Source: Octopus sinensis (lineage: Eukaryota). Taken from it: DNA of 64,000 nucleotides. Positions 13,085 through 26,214 of this stretch are shown piece by piece; within the stretch, counting starts at the first letter, position 1; each line of letters starts with the position of its first letter. Location: the NCBI RefSeq assembly GCF_006345805.1, contig NC_043015.1, forward strand, positions 23,374,001-23,438,000, in the 5' to 3' direction. The position numbers and the translations under genes are program-made. The notes under the pieces were generated by a model. The model worked only from the letters and a program-made list of their open reading frames with translations, was not told the DNA's origin and made no database searches.

Positions 13085-15851
13085 GAAATAAAATTTCCTT
13101 ACCCTCCAGGGTAAAAACAAAAATATCATAACAGAAACAAATAATTTCATCGAGGCAGCAAGTATTGTTGTAGCAGAAAACGTGTGTATTGATGTCAAGA
13201 AAAAGAAACATAATGGGAGTGACAAAAGAAAAGATCCATGGTGGGAAAGAATAATTCAGGCAGGGTTAGACATGCTCTCGAAGGAAATCACAGTGTTAGA
13301 CCGAAAAGAGAAAGGGGGCTTAAAAGCGATCAAAATACAGGGCGTTTAAAAGGAAGTATAATATTGAAAAAAAGTAGTAGTGGAGGAACTGAAACAGCGC
13401 CTCGTTGCAAAGACAGCAAAGATGGTATGATACGACCAAAGAATGAATGGTTACCACCAGAATAAGTTATTAAGAGTAGATCAGAAGAGTTTCTATGAAG
13501 AAATAAATGGAGAGTGTACAGATGAAAAGTTGATACAAGATAACATTGAAAGTCAGAGATTTTGAAGTGACATCTGGAGCAAAGACAAGGAGCACAAGAA
13601 GGATGCTGAACGGTTGCAAGAACTGAACCAAACAGTAGTCTGTCCAAAACAGACAGAATTAGTCACTTCAGAGAAGTGATAGAAATCACCAGAAAATGAG
13701 CAACTGGAAGATCCCCGAGACTTGATGTAGTTCAAGGCTACTGAATCAAAAGATTTGGTGAATGCCATGCACGAATAGCTGCGCAATTCAACACCTTTTT
13801 AAATGGCGACAAGCAACACCAAAGTGGTTGGCATTAGGTAGGACAGTGCTGTGTCTGAAAAACATCGAAAAAGGCAGTACGATAGACAATTACAGGCCGA
13901 TGCCCTGTTTGCCACTTATGTGGAAGTTATTCACTGGAATACTCACAGAGTCAATGTGCAAACATCTAGAAAAAATGGAGTCCTTCCACATGATCTGAAG
14001 TGTTGCAAGCGTAAGTGCAGAGGAACCAAGGATCAACTCCTGATAGATAAAACTGTACTCATAGACTGCAAGAGGAGGAAAAGCAACTTAGCCATGTCAT
14101 GGATGGATTATCGTAAGGCGTACGATATGATCCCACATTCTTGGATTATGGAGTGTATGAACTTATTTGGTATTGCATCGAATATTGAGCGATTGATTGG
14201 AAAAAGTATGGCGAATTGGAGGACGGACCTGACAGCGTACGGAAGAAGTTCAGGGACGGTAGAAATTAGGAGGGGCATCTTTGTACTGTGCTTGATACTG
14301 AGGAAAGCAAAAGCTTGGTATGTATTCAAAAGCCGCCAGCAAAAAGTCAACCATTTGTTATTCATGGAACACCTCAAACTTTATGGTAAAGATTAATCCC
14401 AGGTCAGTTCCCTCGTTGAGACGGTGCATATCTTCAGTGCTGATATCGGAATGGAGTTCGAACTGAGAAAGTGCGATGTGTTACACTTGAAGAGAGGCAA
14501 AAACAAATGTATGGACGCGCTAACGATACCGTCGGGGGAGATTATGAAGAAGATAGAAGAGACGGGCTATAAGTATTGGGGAAATGGATAAATTGATGGA
14601 GAAAGAAATGACAGAAAAATCTAAGAAAGAGTACTTGCGCGGACAGAGGCTGATACTTAAGTCGAAATTAAATGGACGGAATAAAATCGAAGCTATCAAC
14701 ACCTGGGCAGTTTCACTCCTTAGATATAGAGCAGTTGTACTCGCATGGACAGTAGACGAACTAAACAGCTTTGACAGAAAGACAAGAAAGTTGCTAACTA
14801 GATACGGGTCACTCCACCCAAAGAGTGACATAGACAGACTGTATGTACCAAGATAAAAAGGAGTGTTCATATTGGATATGAACACAGCAATAGTGCAGAA
14901 GAAAACAACATAGCATGATATGTAAAAAAATGCCACAGAACCGCTATTATTTGAAGTAGAAAGGTCAGGTTTGTGCAGGATGAAAGATTGCAAAGATAAA
15001 ACACTTTACCAGAAATTAAAAACGAATGATACTGAAAATAGGTGGAAAAGAAAAGAATGCATGGTCAATTTCATAGGGATGTTGAAGATAAGAAAGACTG
15101 AGAAAAAATGTCTGTGGATGACTAAAAGTTATTCAAAACCGGAAACGGAGGCACTAATCTGTGCTGCCCAAGAGCAAGCACTAAGAACAAACTACATAAA
15201 ATACGGATTAGACAAAACAGCAGAAAGTGATTAATGCAGAAACTGTGGACAAAACGGTGAAACCGTATGGCATATTTCCAACCAATGTACGCCACTAGCC
15301 CAGACGGACTATAAGAGACGTCATGACAATTGTACTGTGGACGCTCTGCAACAAATATGTATTTGACAGAGCAAAAAATTGAAGGCATTATCGAAAATAG
15401 AAATGAAAAGATCCTATGGCATTTCATAATTCAGTGCCACCAGGAGATTGAGAATATGAAGCCGGACATAGTCTTAGTTGAGAAAAAAAAAACTATGCTG
15501 GATCATAGATGTAGGATGCCCAGCTGATAAAAAGTTATGCGATGAGGAAGAAAGAAAAGTCGAAAGATATGACAGGTTAGCTTGGGAAGTTAAGCAGTGG
15601 TGGTCAATGAAAAAGGTAGCAGTAGTGCCAATAACTGTCGGAGCTCTGGGAATAGTGAGCAAAAATCTCGAGAAGTACGCGGAACAAATTGGAGCTGCCA
15701 TATGGGTGGAGCACTCACAGAAAACATCACTGCTTGGAACCTCTCGAATACTCCGCAAGGTGCTCAAAAAATAAGAGGTGTTACCTTCGTTCACTTGTAG
15801 TGAACAGCTGACACCGTAGTACAACTCCAGCGTTAGAAGCTGTGCAAAGGC
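13085..15851 (+). mobile_element. R4/Dong-clade non-LTR retrotransposon (RT plus restriction-like endonuclease), degenerate
   Basis: Broken frames give [54 protein letters not shown] (catalytic DD lost), KLNGRNKIEAINTWAV, HPKSDIDRLYVPR, CRNCGQNGETVWH, KPDIVL..IIDV and VPITVGALG..SLLGTSRILRKVL. It ends at a (TAA)n array. Confidence 0.93.
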
Positions 15852-16002
<151 letters not shown>

Positions 16003-17340
16003 GAATTGTCATAACTGGTACGTCACACGTACTGAGTAGATGATCATTGTCGATGTGAATTTTCTTTCCCTTCCCCCTTCTTTTCCTTTTTCTCTTTGTC
16101 TTTCTTCCCCTTTTTTCTCCATCACATGACTTTGTAAATGAACAATCTGGTGTGTTTATTTTAATGACCTACCAATGTCTACTGTACGTTTCTCTGCCCG
16201 AGGTGTGAGGAAGACACTCGGTAAGAAATGGAAACAGAAATGAAAGATGATTATGGAAAAATAATTAAAATAATCCATGGATTGGAATTTATAAATATTT
16301 TAATGCATCGTTGCGCAAGTTTCCATACTTCATTTGTTACTTACGATCATAGTCCATGTGACACCGCGTGGATCATATTCATGCGTTCATTTCTTCATGC
16401 GATATGAATGTATGTGTTGTGTGTGTGTATACACGCATTAACACATGTATGTACATATATGTGATGGCCTTCAAGCGTTGTGTGATTTTGTAAGTGTGCG
16501 CATAATAATTAATCACACATAATATTTATACGTGTGCCTCTGTGCGCGGTTTTTTTTGCATTAATATATTTCTCAATATTTTATATTTCTACTATATGCG
16601 TAAAAGAATATCTTTGCAATTTCTAAGATAGTGCGCTCTTTCTAATTCCATAACTGCTCAGTGTTGGTTTAAAAGCTATTATGAAGCATTATCGGTTGAA
16701 ATTGATGTGTTTGATGTTCTATAAAATACGGTAACCTGACGATATTATATTTGTTTGTTTCTTAAGAGAAGCCGAAGTATTACAGTTGAATATTTTCATG
16801 AACGCAACCAAATATTTACACATGAAATTCTTTTGTGGCATTTAACGGTTAGACAAGTATTTAAAGGATACACTAAATTGAGACGCACGTGATTTCGCAA
16901 ACAGCAGATAAATTAAAGCATCATTGTATTTATAATTCCGCATGGATACATACCCAAAAAGGTATGCATACATACTACACACACACACATAAATAATATC
17001 TATACGTATGTATGTGTGTGTATGTATGTGCATGTGAGTGCGTGTGTATGTCCATGTGAGTGTGTGTTTATGGTTGGAATGTGTATGGAAAAAATATCAT
17101 TTAAGTGTATAGGCGAAAGACTGAATACAGAAGTTTTAAATACATGGTGGCATAACTTAATCATAACACCAACAATACATGAAACATTTATACCCTTACA
17201 CACACATACACACACATGTATGCATGTGTCTGTATATACATATATGTGTGAGTGTTCTTGTGTATATATGTGTGTGTTTATATATATATATACATATATG
17301 TATATATGGTTTTAATGCATAATGCATATTCCTGTTTAAA

Positions 17341-17456
17341 GCTAAGAGCTGGCAGAATCGTTAGCACACCGGGAGAAAAGCTTAGCATTATTTCGACTGC
17401 CATTACATTATGGGTTCAATTTCCACCGATGTAGAGTTTGCCTTTCATCATTTCGC
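17341..17456 (+). mobile_element. SINE family 2, 5' fragment
   Basis: gagctggcagaatcgttagcacaccggg...gggttcaattt...gcctttcatc. Confidence 0.8.
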
Positions 17457-17721
17457 CTGGCACAGCAAACATAAATCGTAGCTTCGTACGAATGGCTTAC
17501 ACAAGAATTACAATTTCACCGTATAGTTGAGCGTATTCTACACAGAAAATACTAAATTACATCATGAGACAATGATATACATGGTACTTATACAGTATTC
17601 ATAAAATTCTTGAGGTAACAATTATGTATTTATTTTCTACTTACAAAATTGTATACCGTGTCGTTTCTTCAAATTTTAGTGCTTGCAGTACAAACGATAA
17701 CTTATATGGCCATATCTTTTG

Positions 17722-17945
17722 ATCTTTTACATGTTTCAGTCATTTGAGTGTGGCCATGCTAGGGCACCGCTTTAAAATTATAGTCGAATGTATCGACCGC
17801 ACAACTGGCCTTTTTTAAAGTCTCGTAATTACTTTATAGATGACTTTCGCCGAACCGCTAAATTACGGGGATAGAAAAACACCAACACTCGTAGTCAAGC
17901 GGTGGGTGGGAAAAAACATACAAAAAGACATACACACAGGCACAA
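17722..17945 (-). mobile_element. SINE family 1, 3' half
   Basis: tgtttcagtcatttgagtgtggccatgctagggcaccgc...cgccgaaccgctaa. Confidence 0.8.
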
Positions 17946-18000
<55 letters not shown>

Positions 18001-18029
18001 TAGATAGATAGATAGATAGATGTGTGAAT

Positions 18030-18148
18030 ACCTCTAGACGATGAAGTAGGCTAGCCTAATACGTAGATATAGAGGGAGAAGTCTAGACGTCGGGAGTTGG
18101 GTTGATAGAGGTCATCCAAACGTGCGACATAACAGTGGCGACGAGGAT
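18030..18148 (+). mobile_element. Probable LTR 3' end with tRNA-Ser primer-binding site
   Basis: ...cgacataaCA g TGGCGACGAGGAT (18136-18148). This is complementary to the 3' end of metazoan tRNA-Ser(GCU) (ATCCTCGTCGCCA, from recall). No internal coding region follows. Confidence 0.55.
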
Positions 18149-19149
18149 TTCGTAGTTCACACAGCCACTATGTAGTATTGCGACACAACACAAGTCTACT
18201 TACGAAGATTTGGTAAGTTCACCCGTGTGTATATATGCAGTTATGTGTACATGCATATTTGCTGACTTGCACTGTTACATGCACACACCCAAATGCACAA
18301 ATACATGCACACAAACACACACGCACACAAACATAACATAACATATACATCTGTAGTGACGTGGGTGTGAGTGCGATACGGCAGACGACCACCCATGTCA
18401 GTATGACGCCATTTCAACCAACATGTCAGTAATTTGTCTGTAGATGGAGTTAGCATCGTTATGATATCTGAATTTTTATTCTGGTAGCCAGACATTATAT
18501 CATTACACTGCTAATTGGGGTAAGAATTATAATTGATACGTAGAGTAGTGTCTTAATTGGTATAATTGATCTAATTATCTATTTCAAACATAATTTCTTG
18601 TACGCGACACGCCGTCAAATATATCTCCGTCAACACCTTCCAAAATGATGATAATCAGCGTGTCGCAACATACAACAAGCAACATAAGAAATATATGCGT
18701 AGATAAATTATATAAAGGCTAATGAATTTATATGAATGTATGTGTGTATAATGTAAGTAAATATGCTAATATATGTGTATGTGTGTGGGTGTGCACATAC
18801 TTGTTTACAAACACTCAGACAATAGGCTTACGTACTATTCTTAATCTTACAAATTTCACTGACGGTATTACTCATCTCGCATATTCATTATAAAACTTTC
18901 TCCAAAGTACTACACAGTCGGGTCGAACCGAAAACCACGCTCTTATGAAGTGTCCTTTTTAAGCATTTCATCTCTTGCACTAATTCCTTAGCCAAAATTA
19001 ACATGGACACAAATACGACAAGCTATACTTTAGATACATAGATAGATAGATACATACATGCATACATAAATACACACATACATACATGCAAACATAATAC
19101 AAAGAGTGACTGTATTACCGCTGATAGAATACAGTATTGCAGAGACATA

Positions 19150-20340
19150 TTCCAAGTGAACAGTCTCTCTGTGATGCTATTTATCCTTCCTGTAAACCCC
19201 TTGTCATTCATGTTAAGGAAGTCTGAAAATATCTCACTGGTTCACAAGGAAACAGAAATACCAAAATTACACACTGTTTCTTTGTGGATGACTTGAAACT
19301 TTATGCAAAGAATATGCATGAGATGAAAAGAGCCTTACATAGTTAGAACATTCTCAAAGGATGTAGGTTTGGAGTTTGATCAGTATAAATGTTGTTATAT
19401 GGTTATTAAAAGGCCGAAAACAATAAACCAGACTAGCAACGTCTCCATGGATGATTTGACTGTTTCCTTTATATCGGACTTGGAATGTTACAGGCATGTT
19501 GGGGTAGATGACAGCGTATCTTACAATGCCACCTGTAACAAAACACGTGACACAAGAATATTACAGCCGAATAAAGTAAATTTGGACCTCAAAACTCACT
19601 GTATTCCATAAAACAGTGGCCCATACTGTGTTTGCAGTGCCAGTACTCATGCCAACTTTTGGGCTGTTTGATTGGACGTTTCATAAAATCCGAGCCATTG
19701 ATGTGAAAACTCGAAAAGTGCTAACAACTGCATATAATTTCCACATAAACAGTGAAAATTAAAACAAGGCAGCAGAGGCGTAACATCGATCCAATATGCC
19801 TTTGAATTTCGCATTATATCTCTGCGGCAATACCTTTTAATCTTCAAGTGTCAAAGTGCATCCTTTGATCAAATTTGCGTACATGAGGCTGATAAAGTCA
19901 TAAGACTTGAAGGCAGCTCCTTGTGTAACATTTCTTTGTCTGATAACCTGAATTACACGCCCAAAGAAGTCGCACGCCTGTACCGCAACGTATCATCAAA
20001 TGAAAGGATGAACCTGAATGAGCAGAAAAGTATGAATGGATAGGTCAGTAGAAAGCTCCGAGATGATGTTAACATTGATCATCAAAGCAGTCTCTCAAGG
20101 ACCAACAACATGATTACGATCTCCCACTTTGAAGAGTAAGTATGCGTTTGGAATCTAGGAACAGGAACTATCAACGTAGTACCAGATACTCAAAAGGGAT
20201 AGAGATGCAGGAAAAGCAAGAAAATGCGTTAACCGATGCAGACTTTGTTGGGCTAACAGCGAAGATATCAACCACATAATAGGCAATCATCCGAAAATAT
20301 CATCACGGCATTACCTGCCGATGAAACATGATGTTGCCCT
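19150..20340 (+). mobile_element. Second, more decayed R4-clade RT fragment
   Basis: NPLSFML, THCFFVDDLKLYAKN (~19270-19315), FSKDVGLEF, IDVKTRKVLT and CRLCWANSEDINHII..YLPMKHDV (~20237-20335). Confidence 0.8.
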
Positions 20341-22584
20341 AAAATCTCTATAGTAAAATCCATTGGAAGGATAACCCCGAGGACATGCAATCAAAAATCC
20401 CTGCTATTGATGTTGAAATTCCAATGAAGAAGATTTGCACCTGGATGAGAAACTGTCTCTTTCTCTCTTGGTAAGAAATCTTAAAATAAAACTGAACAAC
20501 AGCATGCATAAATGCATACGAAAGTATTTACGTACAAAGATACATACATACATGCAAACATATACATACAAGCATACATATATACATGCAAATGCATAAT
20601 ATAAACATAATACATACATACAAACATGCATGCATGTATGCATAAAATCATACATAGATACGTATGTATGTCTATGCACTTCGGCGGTGTATGTGTGCCA
20701 AGTCTATAGCCATCGGACCATCCAGTGCTGCAGAGTGATGTCTTTCATTATATCAGCTCGGCATCGATTTACACGCTCTCGACCGCTCTCACTCTCACTG
20801 CCAGACACCCTAGGAAACAATTAGTATTTGGTCCCGTTCTCAACCTTAAACCAGACACGCTGCTGTTCACTAATTACGATATAAATATCTAAAAGATAAT
20901 GGCGTATCATGGCGAGACAGTGCATTTAATTTCGAAGAGTTTTATGATTCTAGTCATATATATTTGTAGGTATGAGGTAAACTTACATTCTCTGAAGAAC
21001 TACATGATACTACACGATAAAGTATTATGTGTCTGATAAATACTATGGTGCTGCTATAATATTGACAAATGCGTAACGAGAAAAGAAACAGAATCTAAAA
21101 TAATTGGTATTTTACATCAAGAAAATGTATTAAACGCAACAATATGCAAGGACATGTCTTTTCCGCTGTACAGTTCATTTACCAATATCTTAATATGTTT
21201 ACAGAGTACACAAATTTCGATTCAAACCGAGGATTTGCCGAAGGATACACAGAAAGAAAATTATGTAACCGATCAGTGTATGATAATTCGTTCAAGTTGC
21301 TTTCAGCATTGGAGTCATTCTTTACTAAAATCATTTTAATAACCATTCCGTAGTTCGAAGCGTTTCATCACATCTCTCAGCGCAACTTAGCAACACAAAA
21401 CCGATTCTTTATATGGCCATGGTTTAAGACACTGTTTATTTTATAACTCGTCTGTTGCAAATTTATTCACAGAAGCAAATATCGGTTTTACACATACATA
21501 AAACACACACAAGCACTAACACACACACACATATACACAGAGGCACACCCACAAACGCGCACAGTCACGCATACATCTGTATATATATATATATATATAT
21601 ATGTAGACACACACACACACAGGCACATACACACACACACACATATATATACAAATACCTCAAACAGAAATATACATACATTTTATGAATAAAATAATAC
21701 GATATATTAAATATATTATAATGTACGTGCCCTAAAGGCAAATTAATGAACACGGGTACAAAAAGTCCCAGCATTACTAGAAATAACAGTTAAAGACAGA
21801 TAGCACTAACTCCATGAGTTGAAGAATGTGAGGGAGCCAGAATGCATCTTAACTTAGGGAGACAAACTCACTTCATTTGTGAATTTGTCACACCAAGGTA
21901 AGGTGCTTTCTCTCTTCTTCTCTTTCGCTAACTCACTGAAATTATTCACTCAACAGACAACATCCTAAAACTTAGGGATGATAACTTGTCTCACTGCCTA
22001 CGTAAGCAATATTTTACACTCAATACTTTAAAGAAGACCCCCTATAAAAGATGGTAACTACAAACAAGGGCAATCCTACAACGAGAACCCCACCATATAC
22101 ACACACATCACACAAACGTCATACCACAATCAAGAAATGTCACAAACTCCACACAAAGAAGATATAAGATGCAATATGTAAGTACAAAACACCATAATCA
22201 GAACAAGATCAAACAAATTATGAAAAATTAGGAATTTAACGAAAATACAAATCCAAGGGGGACAAACTCAAAAAAATGCCTTACGGAGTAGCGCCCCTCA
22301 ATTCATTTGTTCATTGCCTCATTTATACGAATTTACAAGAAATCCCGGGATCGAAACGAGATTCTTTCTCCAAAATGGAGACGGACACATTTCTCCATGT
22401 GAACGGGTTGAAAAATTGTTAAAGTACATGGATATATTTCCCTACACTTCTTAACATGAAACCAGTGGTAGTCTTAATTCACAAATAAAGAAATTATTTA
22501 TCCACCAATGCGGTGTTGAGCATTCATGTCATCGTTCTACACATACGTATATATATATATGAAAGAATGGAGTTGAACGACGAC

Positions 22585-22702
22585 TTAACAAAATTCCTTT
22601 ATTTTCGACATATGTTTCGAAGGCTGCATATTCCTAATTGCGAAGGAATAACGAGTATATTATGCCGCTTTCTCATCAGGAAAAGCAAGGAACTTATGTC
22701 AA
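22585..22702 (-). ncRNA. Extended type I hammerhead ribozyme (canonical core, GUC site)
   Basis: Minus strand TTTTC-CTGATGA-GAAAGCGGCATA...TATGCAGCCTTC-GAAAC-ATAT-GTC-GAAAA. Stem I continues past a 2x2 loop as AAGTTCCTT/AAGGAATTT and TTGACA/TGTTAA. Confidence 0.8.
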
Positions 22703-25000
22703 CATCAAGATGTACAAAAAATGTTTAGATGACTGCTCACACGGAGCCCATAGTGACAATGAGTGTCTCTTTAAAACACAATCACGCGCACACATACACA
22801 CACACCCACATTAATGCCGTTATATATAGTCTCACACACACAGACTCATTCACAAAAGAAAATTCACCATTCATTTTAACTGCACCCTTTCACCTTCCTG
22901 CAAAACAAAGACGCACCACGTGGCAATATAACTTTGTACGACACCGCAGGTCGGCAGTCTAATGCCTGAAGGTCGCATCAAGAGGCTTCTGGCAGCGAAA
23001 GCCAGAAATACAAAGGGCTCGTCCCACAGAGACCGTTTTCGTTTACGTTTTGATACCTCTCGTATATGTATGCATATATACACACAATCTGTGTGCTAAT
23101 ATTTTCCTTCTTTCCAAAGTAGGAGTGCAAAACTTACTTTTATCATGAAAACCCTATGTAAGCGCATTGTTTTTACTCTCATTGCTGTAAACCTTTCTGG
23201 CTACCGACGGAGCTTAGGATTCCTTTCGTCACACGAATACTGAATAACAATAATTCAGTAACATGCGCGTCACGAATTTGTCGTCTGATACATAAGAGTG
23301 CAAATAGTGGTAAGCGATTCAGAGAAGGAACAATGTTCCATGACTTGTAGATGTATAATTCAATTACTTCAGCAGCTGTCATCAATCCAGTACTTAAGGA
23401 AATAATATTCAATATAATACTTTGTCCACAAGAACAAATCCAACGAAAGAGAAAGGACATGTCGTAAACTATGCAAGAATGGATTCAGTGATAATCCGAA
23501 ACATTTATTGGCTTAACAGATAATGTTTGATATTTCCTTGCGAAACATGTTTTGTGGATATTCTTTTCACAGATTTTCTTCGCTAGCTCAACAAACAAAA
23601 TGTATTTCTGTAAAAGATCAGAAGAGAAATTTATCAACAGAAAACTGGGATTGTATTATAATAGTATTCATTGGTTACGCTTCCTACAGTGTTCTTACCG
23701 TATATCTTATATGCCTAAATAAATAGTGGCAGAAATATCGATAGGGTTTGACTGCCATGTATAACAAAATCTATTGTGACGGTATCTTCACAACTGCAGA
23801 ATTCGTAGACGAATAGGATAGCAGTTTCTTTCTCACTCCAATTTATGAATTTTTCAGAACATCTGCATTTGCAGGAAGATACGTTGCGTAAAACTGTCTC
23901 GTACTTTAAAAATATATCTAAAAGGAAAAAAAAAGCCAAAAAACAAATCAAAAAAGAAACAAATATATACATCTTTCAAACTCTTATCTTACCCAATTCA
24001 CATGGATGATAAATGTTTTTTATAACATATTTTACACTCTAAAATGCCTTGGTCATGTCAAATGTTTATCATTATACATTAATATTCATTAAGCGATATT
24101 ATTTCAGAGAAGATTTGCATGTTTATAGAGAGAAATTGCTTTTTTAATAAAATTAACATTATTTAAATTCTTGATTAATATCTATTAAGTGAAACAGAAC
24201 AACACTGATTCAGTTAACGTATATGATTTAGGAGTCATCAGTTGAGACTACACTTACTTTTTAATTAGTCACTAAATGAGCTACTTTATGTTACATAGCT
24301 CTTAGATGCATTCATGAAGACGAAAATATTCTTGTCTTATATACAACATAGCCTCTTCAGAGTATTTAATTTGACAACGAGGATTGTTCATATAGAATCC
24401 ATCACGTTTTGTAAAATCATAGCTCGACAAACCAAGGAAGTCTATTTGGTAAACTTCCATCTGCAGGGTTTAATGATGCCAGCATTTAAATACAAAACAA
24501 GATTTTATGGTGAACATAATCAAGACTGTCTACACAGGATGGTAGTCCTAATAATATTTCTATTGGTGTTTTTGATGATATATTTCTTCTTTAAGTAAGC
24601 TATTATCAATGTCTTGTCTACAAAAAACGCCGTCGGGCTTATGTGGAAGATAATTAGTAAGCTGTGAGATTTATTCTCTTATTGAAGATAGAGAGAAAAA
24701 AATGAATGAAATTAAATTAAATGCCTTCAACAAATAATTGCAGTTGAGTAGGTAGTTTGTAAGGATTGCAACAGACGGCTACCGTTCCTACCAAATATAA
24801 GGGATAGCAATTAACGTCTCGCCAGCTGAATTCTATGGAAAGTTAGGTAGTATTAACTTAGTACTCTACTGTTGGTCTGGATGAGCAGCTGGACTGAATT
24901 TCTATCTTATTACAAAGTTTTCGCATTCTTTAAGCTTTGCAGTATTATATTGATAGATTCCGAAATGTTTGGATGAACAGAAATCGGTCGTTATGTTACT

Positions 25001-25417
25001 CTTTACTCTTTTACTCTTTTACTTGTTTCAGTCATTTGACTACGGCTATGCTCGAGCACCGCCTTTAGTCGATCAAATCAACCCCGGGACTTATTCTTTG
25101 TAAGCCCAGTACTTATTCTATCGATCTCTTTTGCCGATCCGCTAAGTGACGGGGACGTAAAGACACCAGCATCGGTTGTCAAGCAATGCTAGGGGGACGA
25201 ACACAGACACACAAACACACACACACACATATATATATATATACATATATATGACAGGCTTCTTTCAGTTTCCGTCTACCAAATCCACTCACAAGGCATT
25301 GGTCGGCCCGGGGCTATAGCAGAAGACACTTGCCCAAGATGCCACGCAGTAGGACTGAACCCGCAACCATGTGCTTGGTTAGCAAGCTACTTACCACACA
25401 GCCACTCCTGCGCCTAT
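25001..25417 (-). mobile_element. SINE family 1, full length with short-repeat tail
   Basis: tactcttt repeats, tacttgtttcagtcatttgac, internal (CA)n(TA)n, agaagacacttgcccaag and cacacagccactcctgcgcct. Confidence 0.92.
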
Positions 25418-25445
25418 ATTACATAAATATATTTCGCTGAAAATT

Positions 25446-25490
<45 letters not shown>

Positions 25491-25690
25491 TCTGTCTCTC
25501 TCTGTCACACACACACATACAAACATATTAGCAAGTGTCTTTAACCTGAAATAACGTCAAATTCGGTGTATCACGATATCTGGCGTTATTAAACGGACAC
25601 TTTTTTTTATTACAAGGTCTGTTATGCATACATTGATCGTAAAATAGTAACACTACTATATTGATAAAACTAATATGTTTTATATAGGAA

Positions 25691-25850
25691 TAAAGATTGT
25701 TTGCCAACATAACATGGCAGTCCTGGTTTAGGATGAATGTTGATGTAATTCAGCCCCAGGAGACATCGTCTCCAGCTGGATACACGACACGATCTGTGTC
25801 CTTATATTTTCGAACAAGGGAATCTAGCACCCCCACTCAGCTCAAAACAA
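25691..25850. mobile_element. Truncated inverted copy of the neighbouring MITE
   Basis: taaagattgtttgccaacataacatggc...aagggaatctag is the reverse complement of ~26040-26187. Confidence 0.8.
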
Positions 25851-25853
25851 TAT

Positions 25854-25896
25854 CTGTGTATCGCGATTTCCGGGTTATTTCCCCTCATCAGCACAG
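25854..25896 (-). ncRNA. Minimal type I hammerhead ribozyme-like motif
   Basis: Minus strand CTGTG-CTGATGA-GGGG(aaataa)CCCG-GAAA-TCGCGAT-A-CACAG. Stem I is perfect, stem III is the palindrome ATCGCGAT, and stem II has a G.G mismatch at its base. Confidence 0.7.
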
Positions 25897-25999
25897 AATA
25901 ATTGTTCGGTTAATTCCCGTTCGAAATATATAGTTTTCAAAGTGACTATAGTCACTTATCTATAAATTGGAAAATTACTATTTGTAAATCTCTCAACAA

Positions 26000-26214
26000 G
26001 AGATATTCAGCAAAAGTACTTTGGAGTAAAGATTTTTTTGAGTGGAAGTTCTAGATTCCCTTGTTCGAAAATATAAAGACACAGATCGTGTCGTATAGCG
26101 AGCTGGATACGATGTCTCCTGGGGCTAAATTAGAGCAACATCCGTCCTAAACAAGGAATGCCATGTTATGTTGGCAAATAATCTTTACTCCAAAGTACTA
26201 TTGCTGAATATCTC
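26000..26214. mobile_element. 215-bp MITE with ~35-bp TIRs
   Basis: gagatattcagcaaaagtactttggagtaaagatt ... aatctttactccaaagtactattgctgaatatctc (one mismatch). Confidence 0.85.

Noticed and set aside
13330-15824. Minus-strand ORFs over the R4 element
   Set aside because: Antisense shadows with no independent motifs.
18031-18074. cctcta...gatgaagtaggctagccta...tagagg fold upstream of the PBS, suggestive of an LTR retrozyme
   Set aside because: CUGA is replaced by ACGA and GAAA is absent, so the core is not supported.
24302-24460. 52-codon minus-strand frame MEVYQIDFLGLSSYDF... preceded by CAG
   Set aside because: Short, weak acceptor and no recognisable similarity; expected by chance.
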